Shown: positions 1-10,476, counted from the stretch's first letter. The stretch: DNA of 55,879 nt from a virus (IMGVR_UViG_3300036761_000980:1-55879), one strand, 5' to 3'. Made by a program: numbers and translations. The notes: generated from the sequence alone by a model not told the origin.

Positions 1-3000
1 TATCCTTATGGTACATCAACAGCTGGTCTTATAGAAAATAATTTTATTTATAACACTGGTTATTGTGCAATTGATGTTGGTGCAACAAATGTAATAGTAA
101 GAAATAATTTCATAGATTCGTTTTGTATAACTACTTCAGATGGCGGCGGTATATATTCAGGTTCAGCTAGTGGTTATCCAAATCAGACATTTAATGCAAA
201 TATAATTCTAAATGGTATAGGAGCATTTGGCGGTATACCATTACCAGCAACTTATGGCGCCGCAATGGGTATATATGAAGACTTTGGCTCAAGCGCTGGC
301 GTAATAGTTACTAATAATACTATTGCTTATTGTAGATCTGGAGGTATTTTTGATCATGCAAGTCAAAATATGACTATAATAGGTAATACGGTATATGCTT
401 GTGATGAAGGAGTTCATTTTCAAGAAACTCCAGGTATTGGGTTAGCAATAAGAAACATTACAATGAATAATAATAAATTTATTGCTATATCCTCTACTCA
501 ATATACTATGTATGCAAGAACAAATAGTAATACTGCTGATTTTAATTTATGGGGCACATTTGATTATAATTACTATGCGAGGCCCATATCTGAAGGATCA
601 ACTATAGAAGAAGTTCATGGAACAAATAATTGGACTCCTGTAAATAAGACAGTCGCGCAGTGGATAACCCTTGCTGCACAAGATTCTCATTCATATGCAA
701 ATATGGGCGGCAGTATTACTAATCCATCACAGCTTCATTTTATATACAATGAAACAAGCTCGCCAAAATCATATATACTATCTACTACAATGAAAGATGT
801 AGCAAACACGTCTTATTCAGGAACAATATCATTAGCATCATGGACATCACTAATACTTATCGGGCCTATAGGATCTACTGTAACACCATCATCGCCATCA
901 TTAACCCAATCGTTGACGCCAAGTAAGACGCCAAGTTTAACGCCAAGTAAGACGCCAAGTTTAACGCCAATACTAACCCAATCATTAACACCAAGTAAAA
1001 CACCAAGCATATCGATAAGTAAGACTCCAAGTAAGACGCCAAGTTTAACTCCAAGTAAGACTCCAAGTAAGACAATATCTGTTATATCTTCAGGTAGATA
1101 TATAGCAACTGCCGCTAATGGAGGAAGTGACAGTAACACAGGAACATCTGGTTCGCCATGGCTTACTCTTTCTTACGCATGTGCTCATAGTGTTTCAGGT
1201 GATATAATTCATGTAAGGGCAGGAACATATGCGCTTACTTCTAGTGTTACTGTACCTGTTGGAATAAGTATAGAAGGGGAAGGTCCCACAACGGCGCCTA
1301 CTTCAATTATTACATCAAATATTTCTGCTCAATATTCATATACTTTAAAATTAAATTCAGGGTCCGAGGGTACTAATGGTAATCAGCATATTTCCAATAT
1401 AAAAATGGATGGTCTTAATCTTACAGGATGGGCTGCTATAGGTATAAACGCTAGGAGTAATGTAAAGATATATAATTGTACATTTATTAATTTTTATGGA
1501 GAGGGGGTTATGTTTAATGGTGGTACTGCTTATTTAAACAATGCGCCTGGAACATATCCTACTGGAAATGAATTCCATGATAATATTGTAACTAACTGCT
1601 CGTATTATAATGGCGGAGATGATTACGGTTCTGGTAATTTAATGATAGGTGGGCAGAGTGGAATGCTTATCTATAATAATAGTATTGTACAAACAGGAAG
1701 GGGAACGGGATTAAACGGTTATTGTATTAAGCATTATAGTGGTGGTTACAATAAAGGCATTAAACTTTATAATAACTATCTTGAGACAGCTCCTGCTGCT
1801 GGCCCAGAACCTGCTTATGCTTGGGGATTTGTACTTGAGCAATGGGCTATGCGTGGTGGTTGGGAAATATATGGAAATACAATAAAAGGATGTTTAGATT
1901 TATCTAACGCAATGAAGGGTGCATATTCATTTGCTGTTGATATCCACGATAATACTTTTGGATATGATACACAGCCTCTTGGTTTAGATACTGAAGGTGA
2001 CGTTGCGATACGATTTGAATTGAATATGGAGCGATCAAATATTTATAGGAACCGCTTCAAAAATTCAATGGCTAGTATTTATATAAGTTGTGGAAGTAGT
2101 TTTACATTAAGAGATTTATATATTTATTATAATATATTTGAAAATCTGGGGAATAATCTTAGCGGACATGGATGGGCATTGAGATTCAACACATATACAG
2201 CGAACGATTTATCAAACACAGTTACTAATTGGAATTTCTGGAATAACGTGATGATTGGTGGCGTTTCTAATTCAACAGCATCAGGTATTCAATTACCTCA
2301 TGGTGTAGCATCAAACTTTAGTATAAGAAATAATATAATTGAAAATTTTGATCAAGGACCCGTTCAATTGCCACAATATGGAACGGCTACTTCTATTTCC
2401 ATTGAAAATAATGTCTTTTATAACAATGGAAATAGCAACAATCCAACTGGAGGTATATCATATACAAATGCCAATAATTTAAAGGTTAATCCATTATTTG
2501 TTTCAGCCACAGATTTTCATTTACAGGCAGGATCGCCAGCTATTAACACAGGTATAAGCGTCGGTTTGACGACAGATTATGCTGGCAATTCTGTAAGTAG
2601 TCCGCCTGAAATAGGGGCATATGAATATGTTGGTATAATACCATCTCAATCATTAACACCAAGTAAGACGCCAAGTATATCGATAAGTAAGACGCCAAGT
2701 TTGACGCCAAGTTTGACGCCAAGTAAAACGCCAACTTTAACACCAAGTAAGACAATATCCGTTATATCTGGAAATGTATATTATGTAAAAAATACAGGTA
2801 ACGATTCTAATAGCGGTTTGTCGGATGCGTTAGCGTGGCAGACTATAAATAAAATTAATAATCATAATTTTGTCGCAGGTGATCAGATTTTATTTAATCG
2901 CGGTGATGTATGGAGAGAGCAATTACGGTTTCAATCTGTGAATGGTACATCTAGTAGTAGAATTACAATTGGAGCTTATGGATCTGGAAATAAACCTAAG

Positions 3001-4404
3001 TTATTAGGAAGTGTAAATGGTGATGTTAACGGTTATTGGACATCATTGGGAAGTAATAAATGGGCATCGCCAAGTAATAGTTTTTCGTCAGAATCATTTA
3101 TTTTATTTTATGACACTAATTTAGCTACCTCCAAAGCTAGTATAAATAAAACCAGTTCATCAGCATTAACCGCCAATTGGGATATGTGGTATGATCCTGT
3201 TGGTCGAAGAGTTGTGGTATATCAAAGTAATGGCAGTCCTGATACGCAAGCAAATGGTATTGAAATAGCTGGTATTTTTAATATAACCACGCAGGGCAGT
3301 GTACTTACAATCAATTGGTGTAATTATATTACAATTGACAATATAGATGTTAGATATAGTAATGAATCTGGATATAATATGTGGGGTGAAAATATAGGCA
3401 ACGGGACATGTACATATATTACATATTCAAACTGTGAATTACATTACACATGGGATAAAGGTTATAATCTTGTTTACGGTGATAACATATTGTTAGATCA
3501 TTGTATTGCGGATCATTGTGGATATATTGGATATAATCCTACCGAAGCTGAAACCGTATATTCATGGGGAGAATCGGTATGGGTTCAATTAATAACCAAC
3601 CCAACTGTACGTTATACTGAAATAGCCTATCCGCATAATAATGGAATCGATATATGGGGTTGTAGTAATGCATTAGTAGAAAATTGTTACTGTCATGATG
3701 TAGATACGGTTGCAGGTGAGTATGCCGCTTTCGGTGGGCTTTATGAATCGGGTGTATATATCGACGGAACAGACAATGTGACAATTAGATATAATAATAT
3801 TAAAAATCTTCCAGTAGGTATAGCAATTGGAGCAGAAACTCCATCATATACTTCAAATAATATATTATGTTATTATAATATTGCCATTAATAATGACCAA
3901 AATTATGATGTAAATTGTACTCAAGCAGTAAGTAATATTGTTACTAATCTAAAATTTTATAATAATATTTCCTACAATGATGTAAATCAGTTATACAAAA
4001 GATCCAATTGGTCAGGTTTTTGGATTCAATATTGTACTACTGTTGATTTTAAAAATAATATAATTTATAATAAATTATCTGGAGCAAATTATCTATGGAG
4101 AATATATGCAACTGCATTAAGCGTAACCAGTGATTATAATGATTTTTATTTAACAACTGCATCTCAAAGTTATCAATTTGGAAATAATTATTATGGCGCT
4201 CTTACAGCATATAAAACAGGAAGTGGACAAGAAAGTCATTCTATATCTACTGACCCGCTCTTTGCGTCATCAACTGATTATCATTTACAATCAAATTCTT
4301 TGGCTATCAATGCAGGAGTACATATTAGTACTCCAGTGATATTAACAGATTATGATGGAATTACTATAGGTAATCCACCAGAAATAGGAGTATATGAATA
4401 TTAA
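1..4404 (+). CDS. Large multi-module right-handed beta-helix (pectin-lyase-like) protein with TPS linkers; 5'-truncated, probably virion-associated
   Basis: Frame is open from base 1 (YPYGTSTAGLIENN...SDGGGIY), so the start lies upstream of the window. Three Asn/Ile-rich parallel beta-helix modules; modules 2 and 3 start with YIA/YYV..G.DSN.G motifs and end with DFHLQ.GSPAINxG...PEIGAYEY. Confidence 0.8.
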   Translation, partial: YPYGTSTAGLIENNFIYNTGYCAIDVGATNVIVRNNFIDSFCITTSDGGGIYSGSASGYPNQTFNANIILNGIGAFGGIPLPATYGAAMGIYEDFGSSAGVIVTNNTIAYCRSGGIFDHASQNMTIIGNTVYACDEGVHFQETPGIGLAIRNITMNNNKFIAISSTQYTMYARTNSNTADFNLWGTFDYNYYARPISEGSTIEEVHGTNNWTPVNKTVAQWITLAAQDSHSYANMGGSITNPSQLHFIYNETSSPKSYILSTTMKDVANTSYSGTISLASWTSLILIGPIGSTVTPSSPSLTQSLTPSKTPSLTPSKTPSLTPILTQSLTPSKTPSISISKTPSKTPSLTPSKTPSKTISVISSGRYIATAANGGSDSNTGTSGSPWLTLSYACAHSVSGDIIHVRAGTYALTSSVTVPVGISIEGEGPTTAPTSIITSNISAQYSYTLKLNSGSEGTNGNQHISNIKMDGLNLTGWAAIGINARSNVKIYNCTFINFYGEGVMFNGGTAYLNNAPGTYPTGNEFHDNIVTNCSYYNGGDDYGSGNLMIGGQSGMLIYNNSIVQTGRGTGLNGYCIKHYSGGYNKGIKLYNNYLETAPAAGPEPAYAWGFVLEQWAMRGGWEIYGNTIKGCLDLSNAMKGAYSFAVDIHDNTFGYDTQPLGLDTEGDVAIRFELNMERSNIYRNRFKNSMASIYISCGSSFTLRDLYIYYNIFENLGNNLSGHGWALRFNTYTANDLSNTVTNWNFWNNVMIGGVSNSTASGIQLPHGVASNFSIRNNIIENFDQGPVQLPQYGTATSISIENNVFYNNGNSNNPTGGISYTNANNLKVNPLFVSATDFHLQAGSPAINTGISVGLTTDYAGNSVSSPPEIGAYEYVGIIPSQSLTPSKTPSISISKTPSLTPSLTPSKTPTLTPSKTISVISGNVYYVKNTGNDSNSGLSDALAWQTINKINNHNFVAGDQILFNRGDVWREQLRFQSVNGTSSSRITIGAYGSGNKPKLLGSVNGDVNGYWTSLGSNKWASPSNSFSSESFILFYDTNLATSKASINKTSSSALTANWDMWYDPVGRRVVVYQSNGSPDTQANGIEIAGIFNITTQGSVLTINWCNYITIDNIDVRYSNESGYNMWGENIGNGTCTYITYSNCELHYTWDKGYNLVYGDNILLDHCIADHCGYIGYNPTEAETVYSWGESVWVQLITNPTVRYTEIAYPHNNGIDIWGCSNALVENCYCHDVDTVAGEYAAFGGLYESGVYIDGTDNVTIRYNNIKNLPVGIAIGAETPSYTSNNILCYYNIAINNDQNYDVNCTQAVSNIVTNLKFYNNISYNDVNQLYKRSNWSGFWIQYCTTVDFKNNIIYNKLSGANYLWRIYATALSVTSDYNDFYLTTASQSYQFGNNYYGALTAYKTGSGQESHSISTDPLFASSTDYHLQSNSLAINAGVHISTPVILTDYDGITIGNPPEIGVYEY
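883..1077 (+). repeat. TPS(K/L) low-complexity linker repeat 1
   Basis: 12-nt unit ACNCCAAGT(AAG/TTA) repeated; near-identical block recurs at ~2641-2760. Confidence 0.9.
2641..2760 (+). repeat. TPS(K/L) linker repeat 2, a copy of linker 1
   Basis: QSLTPSKTPSISISKTPS...KTISVIS is shared with the first linker at protein and DNA level. Confidence 0.9.
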
Positions 4405-4419
4405 TATTTAAATAACAAA

Positions 4420-4683
4420 ATGGGAGACATTAAAATAAAAATAACTGACATTACAATACCTAACGACTTTAATATATTTTATAAAGCAGGTATTACTCCA
4501 TATCCTTTTGATAGTGGATATACTGACTATGGTGTTATATTTAGTGGAGGAACAGAAACCATAGATTTAATTGGGGATTTTATTTATGGCGAAGAATATT
4601 GGATCATGGGAAAAGAAGTGTTATATCCAGAACGATGGATGGTTAAAAATATATTAATAAATGATGCAATCGCTTACCAATGA
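4420..4683 (+). CDS. Hypothetical protein, probably structural
   Basis: 87-aa ORF with A-rich leader in the structural block; contains SGYT and SGGT. Confidence 0.6.
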   Translation: MGDIKIKITDITIPNDFNIFYKAGITPYPFDSGYTDYGVIFSGGTETIDLIGDFIYGEEYWIMGKEVLYPERWMVKNILINDAIAYQ

Positions 4684-4978
4684 ATGTGATATGAGCCCTC
4701 AAGTACAAATGAGTTTAGGAACTAATTATTCGTTTAATGTTGTTGCATACGCAGTACATAGTGGAGGTAATAGATTAATTAGGCTTTCAACAGCGGACAT
4801 TATATTAACGGTAGATGCCATAGAAACAATATTACAAACAGGAGCGCCATTAGATAAAACGGGTCAAAGTTTTACTGGAACGCTAGCAGGAGGATCAACA
4901 TGGAATATGAACGATATAGGAGAAGTTACATTTAGAAATGCTGTAGCTGATGATTCTGATACTATGATATGTTATTAA
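4661..4978 (+). CDS. Hypothetical protein; start uncertain
   Basis: 105-aa ORF overlapping the previous gene. Confidence 0.5.
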   Translation: MMQSLTNECDMSPQVQMSLGTNYSFNVVAYAVHSGGNRLIRLSTADIILTVDAIETILQTGAPLDKTGQSFTGTLAGGSTWNMNDIGEVTFRNAVADDSDTMICY

Positions 4979-5020
4979 AAAACAATATAGGATAATAATT
5001 ATATAATAACTAAAAAAATA

Positions 5021-6352
5021 ATGCCACTTCAAGTAACCATAATAGTAAATCCATCAAACACAGAGGCAGGCAGCTTTGATATTTATCAATTTATATATGA
5101 TAGTAATGGCGATCCACAAGCTGATCCCTTTTTATTAGAATCTAATGTGCCGATATCAAGTTTAATTGATCCTGGATATATTGTTATAGTAGATGAAAAC
5201 GCATATGGAATTAGACTAGTAAGTAATAATGATCGTGGTTTTGATTGTGAAGTAACATCTATAGATGAATTTTTTTCAAATGTAAAAATTGTTAATAATT
5301 TTCCTCCACTATATGGAAATATTAGTATAACTGGAGCGGCATTTGGGGGTTATTCATTAACTCCTCCGCCGCCACAAAACGCGTCTCCATATTATTATCG
5401 TATAGATACAGGAACCACAGTAGAAGATACAGCAAGCGTGGATATTAACAATGAGTCTATTAATACATTATCATATGTATTAACAATTAGAGATAGTGAG
5501 TCGTCATCGTCTTTCATTTATTCTAGCGACATTCCTCCAACTACTGGTATAACTATTAATATCGATAATACATTTTTATCATCTGCTAGACAATATGTGA
5601 TATCATTGGGAACATATATGTTGCCGTCAAAAACGCCATCAAAAACGCCGTCATTAACACCATCATTAACACCAAGTATAACAATCACGCCATCATTAAC
5701 ACCAAGCATAACGATTACTCCATCATTAACACCAAGCATAACGATTACGCCAAGTTTAACGCCAAGTAAAACGCCATCATTAACGCCAGGCGAAACACCT
5801 TCAATAACACCAAGTGAAACGCCTTCGTTAACGCCAAGTGAAACACCTTCGTTAACGCCAAGTGAAACACCAAGCATAACGCCAAGCGAGACTCCGACGC
5901 CAAGTATGACGCCATCATTAACGCCAAGCGAGACTCCGACGCCAAGCATGACGCCATCATTAACGCCAAGCGAGACTCCAACGCCAACAATAACGCCATC
6001 AACATCACCGCCGCCAGTAGGTAATTTTATTCTAGATTCAGCATATGGCATCAAATTTTCTGGTGTAACTGGAACTGGAATACCGTCATTTAGTTATCCA
6101 GTAACAAGTGGGAATACAACATTAACATATACGGGAACGATATCTGAACAAGATTTATCGGTAGAAGTATATGGAAATCCAGCTCCAAGCGGAGATAAAT
6201 ATTTGATACTAAGGGTTAATGGTTCTCAAATTGATACTGAAACGATTACTAATGGAGATACAACTGAGACAACTAGCGTGACTAAATCACTTCATTTGAC
6301 AGAGACAAGTGCACCGACGGAGATTATTATTAGAATAAATAATAGTGTATAA
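5021..6352 (+). CDS. Ser/Thr/Pro-rich (TPSxTPS) linker protein, probably virion surface
   Basis: 443 aa; beta-rich ends flanking ~130 aa of TPS repeats. Confidence 0.75.
   Translation: MPLQVTIIVNPSNTEAGSFDIYQFIYDSNGDPQADPFLLESNVPISSLIDPGYIVIVDENAYGIRLVSNNDRGFDCEVTSIDEFFSNVKIVNNFPPLYGNISITGAAFGGYSLTPPPPQNASPYYYRIDTGTTVEDTASVDINNESINTLSYVLTIRDSESSSSFIYSSDIPPTTGITINIDNTFLSSARQYVISLGTYMLPSKTPSKTPSLTPSLTPSITITPSLTPSITITPSLTPSITITPSLTPSKTPSLTPGETPSITPSETPSLTPSETPSLTPSETPSITPSETPTPSMTPSLTPSETPTPSMTPSLTPSETPTPTITPSTSPPPVGNFILDSAYGIKFSGVTGTGIPSFSYPVTSGNTTLTYTGTISEQDLSVEVYGNPAPSGDKYLILRVNGSQIDTETITNGDTTETTSVTKSLHLTETSAPTEIIIRINNSV
5623..6016 (+). repeat. TPS(L/I/E/M) mucin-like repeat tract
   Basis: Tandem 12- to 30-nt units visible in DNA. 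Confidence 0.9.
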
Positions 6353-6391
6353 CAAAGAGATTAGAAAAAATTTAATACATATTTATAAGAA

Positions 6392-8425
6392 ATGAGTTTT
6401 TTACAAGCAAATAGTTCAGGAATTTTACCAGCAAGAATTACCAATTACGGTAGAAAAAAAATTGCGCAAGGTAATTTTAATATTGCATATTTTCAAATCG
6501 GTGATTCTGAATTTGATTATACGTTTTCCGAATTTGATGGTTTAAATAATCCACCACAAAAAGTGCTTATGCCTCTTGATAAAGATTCTCAAGTAAAATA
6601 TCCATATAAGGTCTCAGAATCTACATTAACAGGAACAACATATGGAATTCCATTACAATTTTCAGAAACAAAAATAGTTACAAATAATATGGGCCCAGCA
6701 GGCTATGTTTCCGAATATATCGCGTTTGATAGTGGTACGGGAGCTGGAACAAGAGTTGTAACCCCATATCAAGTTGTTGGTATATCACAAATAAATGGGT
6801 CAAACCAAATAGCCGTTTCAGACGGAACAGTGTTTAATGATACAGAGTATATTACGATCATAATGGATTATTTGGGGTCAAATGATGTAATAAGAGCCAG
6901 TACAACATCTTTAGTTTATAAAATAACAGGAATTGCAGGTAATGTATTATCATTAGATAGAAATATGCCAAATTTATCATCTTTAGGTTCTATAGATGTT
7001 ACAATTATATCCAATGAATATTCAGGAAATACATTAGTGTGCGGTGAAATTGTAAATAATGAGGAACAACAAAACTCATGGAATTTGGCAAATGTTTGGA
7101 GTAAAAAACCAGCTGGTTTAGATGTTACTACAGAAGACGAAAAATTATCAGGATATACAAGTAATGTTTTTGTATCAACAAAAGAATTTTTTGGGTATAA
7201 TACATCGTCAGGACAAACAAGTAATACAGGAACGACTATTACAAATTCCTTTGGAGACGCTATTATGGTATTACCAGAAGAACAACATTCTTTAAGTATT
7301 TTACATTTTTCTAAGCCCGGAAATATTTTAATTGATCCATATCTAGCATTTAAATATGAGGATTATATCGCGCATTCAACGGTAGATGATATTGAATATT
7401 TTCAAGTTTATATTCCTTTTATGCATTATGATAGAAATACCGGAACAACTATTGGCGGTCTATTTTTAATGGATTCAACAGATTATTACATTAATTCATC
7501 GGCAATGGATACCCGAAATAATCAAATGAAATATAGGTATTTACTAGATGAAAATAACAATAGAGTCGGTAAGATTTTTGTAAATCATAAAGTCATTGTT
7601 TTTGATGATCAAGAAATAGTTGCAATATTAGATTATAAATCAAATAGAAGATATACATTACCAATTCCAAGAATTTCATTGGTTCCAACAGATTCAAAAT
7701 GTGATGAAAATCACGATTTAACTCCATTATTAGGTGGAACGGGAGATACTGTTTTTGTTACTTATCTTCTTCAATATAGTAGTGAATTACAATACAATGG
7801 TTTACATTGTAATCATTATTCTAAAATTGTGGGAACAGAGCAAACTGGAGATGTTTCAATTAAATTTGGAGATAATTGTTTTACATTTATGAAGACATCA
7901 TTTGCTGATAGTACAAATGGGTATATCGCAGACGCATTTAAAATTTTAGTACAAAAAGTCGCCACAGGTCAACAGCCAGATCCTACATTATGGAAAATTA
8001 TAGATTTTACGAGTCAAATACCTAATTATGGCGGAGGTATTATCGATCCTGATGATTTAAGAAATGCAAGATTCATTATAACTAATACGGATTATGAAGG
8101 CGGCTCGTCATATGACTTAGAAAGCTATATTGGGTCATTACCTGATGAACCATCTACCTTACCTGAATTTGGCGATGAGCAACCATTTACAGGTAGCGTT
8201 AAATTAGTAAGAGCGTCAGATATTGAAGTATTAAGATTTTTGGTTAATTTGCCTTCAACTGATTTTATGACAACCCAAAATCCGTCATATGTTTCAGGCG
8301 TTCCTAAAAGATTTACTGAAGTCGCTTTGTTAGATGAGAATAAATATGTGTTGGTTATGGCAAAGACATCTAGCCCTGTGGTTAGAGTGGGCACACAAGT
8401 AGTGGCAGTTAAAATTGACATCTAA
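6392..8425 (+). CDS. Putative virion structural (baseplate/tail-collar-like) protein
   Basis: N-terminal ITNYGRKKIAQG..I.YFQIGDSE and C-terminal TEVALLDEN..LVMAK resemble tail-collar/baseplate motifs; ATATTTAT 5 nt before ATG. Confidence 0.6.
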   Translation: MSFLQANSSGILPARITNYGRKKIAQGNFNIAYFQIGDSEFDYTFSEFDGLNNPPQKVLMPLDKDSQVKYPYKVSESTLTGTTYGIPLQFSETKIVTNNMGPAGYVSEYIAFDSGTGAGTRVVTPYQVVGISQINGSNQIAVSDGTVFNDTEYITIIMDYLGSNDVIRASTTSLVYKITGIAGNVLSLDRNMPNLSSLGSIDVTIISNEYSGNTLVCGEIVNNEEQQNSWNLANVWSKKPAGLDVTTEDEKLSGYTSNVFVSTKEFFGYNTSSGQTSNTGTTITNSFGDAIMVLPEEQHSLSILHFSKPGNILIDPYLAFKYEDYIAHSTVDDIEYFQVYIPFMHYDRNTGTTIGGLFLMDSTDYYINSSAMDTRNNQMKYRYLLDENNNRVGKIFVNHKVIVFDDQEIVAILDYKSNRRYTLPIPRISLVPTDSKCDENHDLTPLLGGTGDTVFVTYLLQYSSELQYNGLHCNHYSKIVGTEQTGDVSIKFGDNCFTFMKTSFADSTNGYIADAFKILVQKVATGQQPDPTLWKIIDFTSQIPNYGGGIIDPDDLRNARFIITNTDYEGGSSYDLESYIGSLPDEPSTLPEFGDEQPFTGSVKLVRASDIEVLRFLVNLPSTDFMTTQNPSYVSGVPKRFTEVALLDENKYVLVMAKTSSPVVRVGTQVVAVKIDI

Positions 8426-8478
8426 CTCTTTACAAAATAAAAAATATTCATTATCTATTGATTTATATACTGAATTAA

Positions 8479-9087
8479 ATGGAAAATGAATTAAAATTGA
8501 GAAATAAACCTAAGATTCTCGGATTAGATATTTCAACAAAAGTAATCGGTTGGGCGATATTTGATATGAATACTTCTACATTGCTAGAAGCAAGTCATTT
8601 TAGTCCCAAGATTAAGCCTGAGCCCGAAGATAAAATTGAGATTCTCGTTCGGAAAGCCGAAGCGTTTAAACATCATCTTGAAAAATATAAGGATTATGGT
8701 ATTGTGAGAATTATAATTGAAGAACCAATTTTGCAATCCAATAACATATATACTGTTGGAACACTTATAAGATATAATTCAATGATTCTTAAAGAATGTT
8801 GGGATATCTTTGGTATTGTTCCCTCATTTATTAGCACGTATAACGCCCGCAGATTCGCCTTTCCTGATTTGTTTCGTGATAATGGTAAAGGAAAAAATGT
8901 ATTATTTGGTGGTTTTCCAAAAGATACAGATAAAAAACATGTGATTTGGGAACATGTTAATACCATTTGTCCAGAAGTTAATTGGATATATGACAAAAAT
9001 GGAAAGCTCAAAACCTCAAACTATGATATCAGTGATTCCATCACCTGCATTATTGGGCATATAAACATGTTAAAAGCGTCAAAATAA
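8479..9087 (+). CDS. ruvC: RuvC-like Holliday junction resolvase
   Basis: ILGLDIS...GWA, IIIEE and C-terminal DISDS acidic motifs of the RNase H/RuvC fold. Confidence 0.8.
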   Translation: MENELKLRNKPKILGLDISTKVIGWAIFDMNTSTLLEASHFSPKIKPEPEDKIEILVRKAEAFKHHLEKYKDYGIVRIIIEEPILQSNNIYTVGTLIRYNSMILKECWDIFGIVPSFISTYNARRFAFPDLFRDNGKGKNVLFGGFPKDTDKKHVIWEHVNTICPEVNWIYDKNGKLKTSNYDISDSITCIIGHINMLKASK

Positions 9088-9096
9088 TTGTATATT

Positions 9097-10128
9097 TTAA
9101 TGTTTATTTCTTTTAACATACCTATTAGTGTAACTGCAAAGAGGTTGTAAATTGGTATGATGATTTAAATTAATAACATCTTCAATTGTTATAGCGGATG
9201 AAATAGGAATTATATGATCTAAATCCCACCCATAATTAATTTCGCCATTATATTTACCATGATTTTCCCAAGTCATCCAATCTTCAAATTGTGATTCAAT
9301 ATGATTTTTAAATTCTTCAAAGGAGCATCCTAATATTTCAACTGTTTTATTTGGCTTCTTAAAACCATTTTGTCTAAAACATATAGCAATACTACTTCTA
9401 ACGCAACTAGATAATTTGAATATAGGATCTTTTTTAATTCTTTCCCTTCTTTTTTCATTTAAAGTTTTTTTATTAGATTTTCGATATTCTTTTTTTTGTT
9501 CTTTTATAGTTTCTTTATGTTTTTCTTGATAAATTTTTATAATGTCTTTATTTTTTCCATAATATTCTTTTTTATATATTTTCTGTTTTTCTTTTATTTT
9601 TTCTTTATTAGCTTCACGATATTTTCTTTGGGCTTCTTTTATTTCTTCTTTATTTTCAATATAATGTTTTTTTCTAAGTTCATCGATTCTTTCTTTATTC
9701 TTTTTATCATATAATTTGCGGCGTTCTATTTTATGCTCTTTTCTTTTTTTGTTTCTTTTAATTTTTTCTTCTTCAATTATTTGGGCGTTTTTTTCTATAT
9801 ATTCTTTTCGTTTTTCTCTATTCTTTTCTCTGGTTTTTTTATTATACTCTTCTTTATATTTTTCATGAGTTTTTTTACAATATATACTAACTTTTTCTTT
9901 ATTATTTCTATTCCATTCCGTCTTTTTTTCTTTTATTGATTCTTTATTTTTTTCGTAATATTCTTTTCTTAATTCTTTATTTTCTTCACGATATTTTTTT
10001 GTTTGATTTTTTATTTTTTCTTTATTTTTTTCGTGATATTCTTTCTGATATTTTTTAGTATGTTCTTTTCTTTGTATTTTTTCTTCATCTGTTAATGTAT
10101 TATATTCCTTTTTTTCTTGTGACATCAT
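9097..10128 (-). CDS. Free-standing HNH endonuclease with long Lys/Glu/Tyr helical repeat N-terminus
   Basis: C-terminal MTWENHG...WDLDHIIP...HHTNLQPL...N motif; lies against the local gene orientation. Confidence 0.85.
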   Translation of the reverse strand: MMSQEKKEYNTLTDEEKIQRKEHTKKYQKEYHEKNKEKIKNQTKKYREENKELRKEYYEKNKESIKEKKTEWNRNNKEKVSIYCKKTHEKYKEEYNKKTREKNREKRKEYIEKNAQIIEEEKIKRNKKRKEHKIERRKLYDKKNKERIDELRKKHYIENKEEIKEAQRKYREANKEKIKEKQKIYKKEYYGKNKDIIKIYQEKHKETIKEQKKEYRKSNKKTLNEKRRERIKKDPIFKLSSCVRSSIAICFRQNGFKKPNKTVEILGCSFEEFKNHIESQFEDWMTWENHGKYNGEINYGWDLDHIIPISSAITIEDVINLNHHTNLQPLCSYTNRYVKRNKH

Positions 10129-10280
10129 AATTCTTTATTTTTAAAATAATCGATTATTAATCTTTCAATGAAAGCCGATTTGTTGTTCGTTTCTTCGTCT
10201 ACTTTCTTTATCAGTTCTCTTGAGATAGTGATTCCCAATTTTCCTTTTTTGTCTTCTGTTTTTAATTTTGGTCTTCCCAT
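10125..10280 (-). CDS. Small ribbon-helix-helix-like protein (51 aa, not in ORF track)
   Basis: Manual translation MGRPKLKTEDKKGKLGITISRELIKKVDEETNNKSAFIERLIIDYFKNKEL; alternating beta strand then two helices with NKS..I; ATGA overlap with the HNH gene. Confidence 0.8.
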   Translation of the reverse strand: MGRPKLKTEDKKGKLGITISRELIKKVDEETNNKSAFIERLIIDYFKNKEL

Positions 10281-10400
10281 AATATGTTTTATTTAATAAT
10301 AAATATCACGAAAATTTAAAAAATCCGATATAAATCCGATTTTTTACAATTATTTTATGTATATTTGATTTGTCATTTGATTAATTATAATTTTGTTTTT

Positions 10401-10436
10401 AAAAGAGCGGGAAGTTGGTGTCTTCCCGCTTTTTTT
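10401..10436 (+). terminator. Intrinsic terminator
   Basis: AGCGGGAAG-ttggtgt-CTTCCCGCT stem followed by a T tract; A-rich upstream so possibly bidirectional. Confidence 0.8.
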
Positions 10437-10468
10437 ATCGTATATTTTTTTTTCTCATTTCTTTTTCA

Positions 10469-10476
10469 TATATTTG
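10469..10476 (+). promoter_or_regulatory. Bacteroidota-type -7 element (TAnnTTTG) upstream of primase
   Basis: TATATTTG 7 nt before the ATG at 10484. Confidence 0.55.

Noticed and set aside
4661-4690. Possible frameshift joining the 4420 and 4661 ORFs
   Set aside because: No slippery sequence; a short overlap with alternative ATGs explains it.
813-6054. Antisense GV-rich ORFs (813-1139, 5518-6054 and similar; also 22355-22582)
   Set aside because: Reverse complements of TPS repeats.
8479-9087. TnpB/Cas12-like RuvC effector
   Set aside because: Only ~200 aa, no zinc finger or REC region; fits a stand-alone resolvase.
9496-9939. Phe-rich plus-strand ORFs
   Set aside because: Antisense shadow of the Lys/Glu-rich HNH gene.
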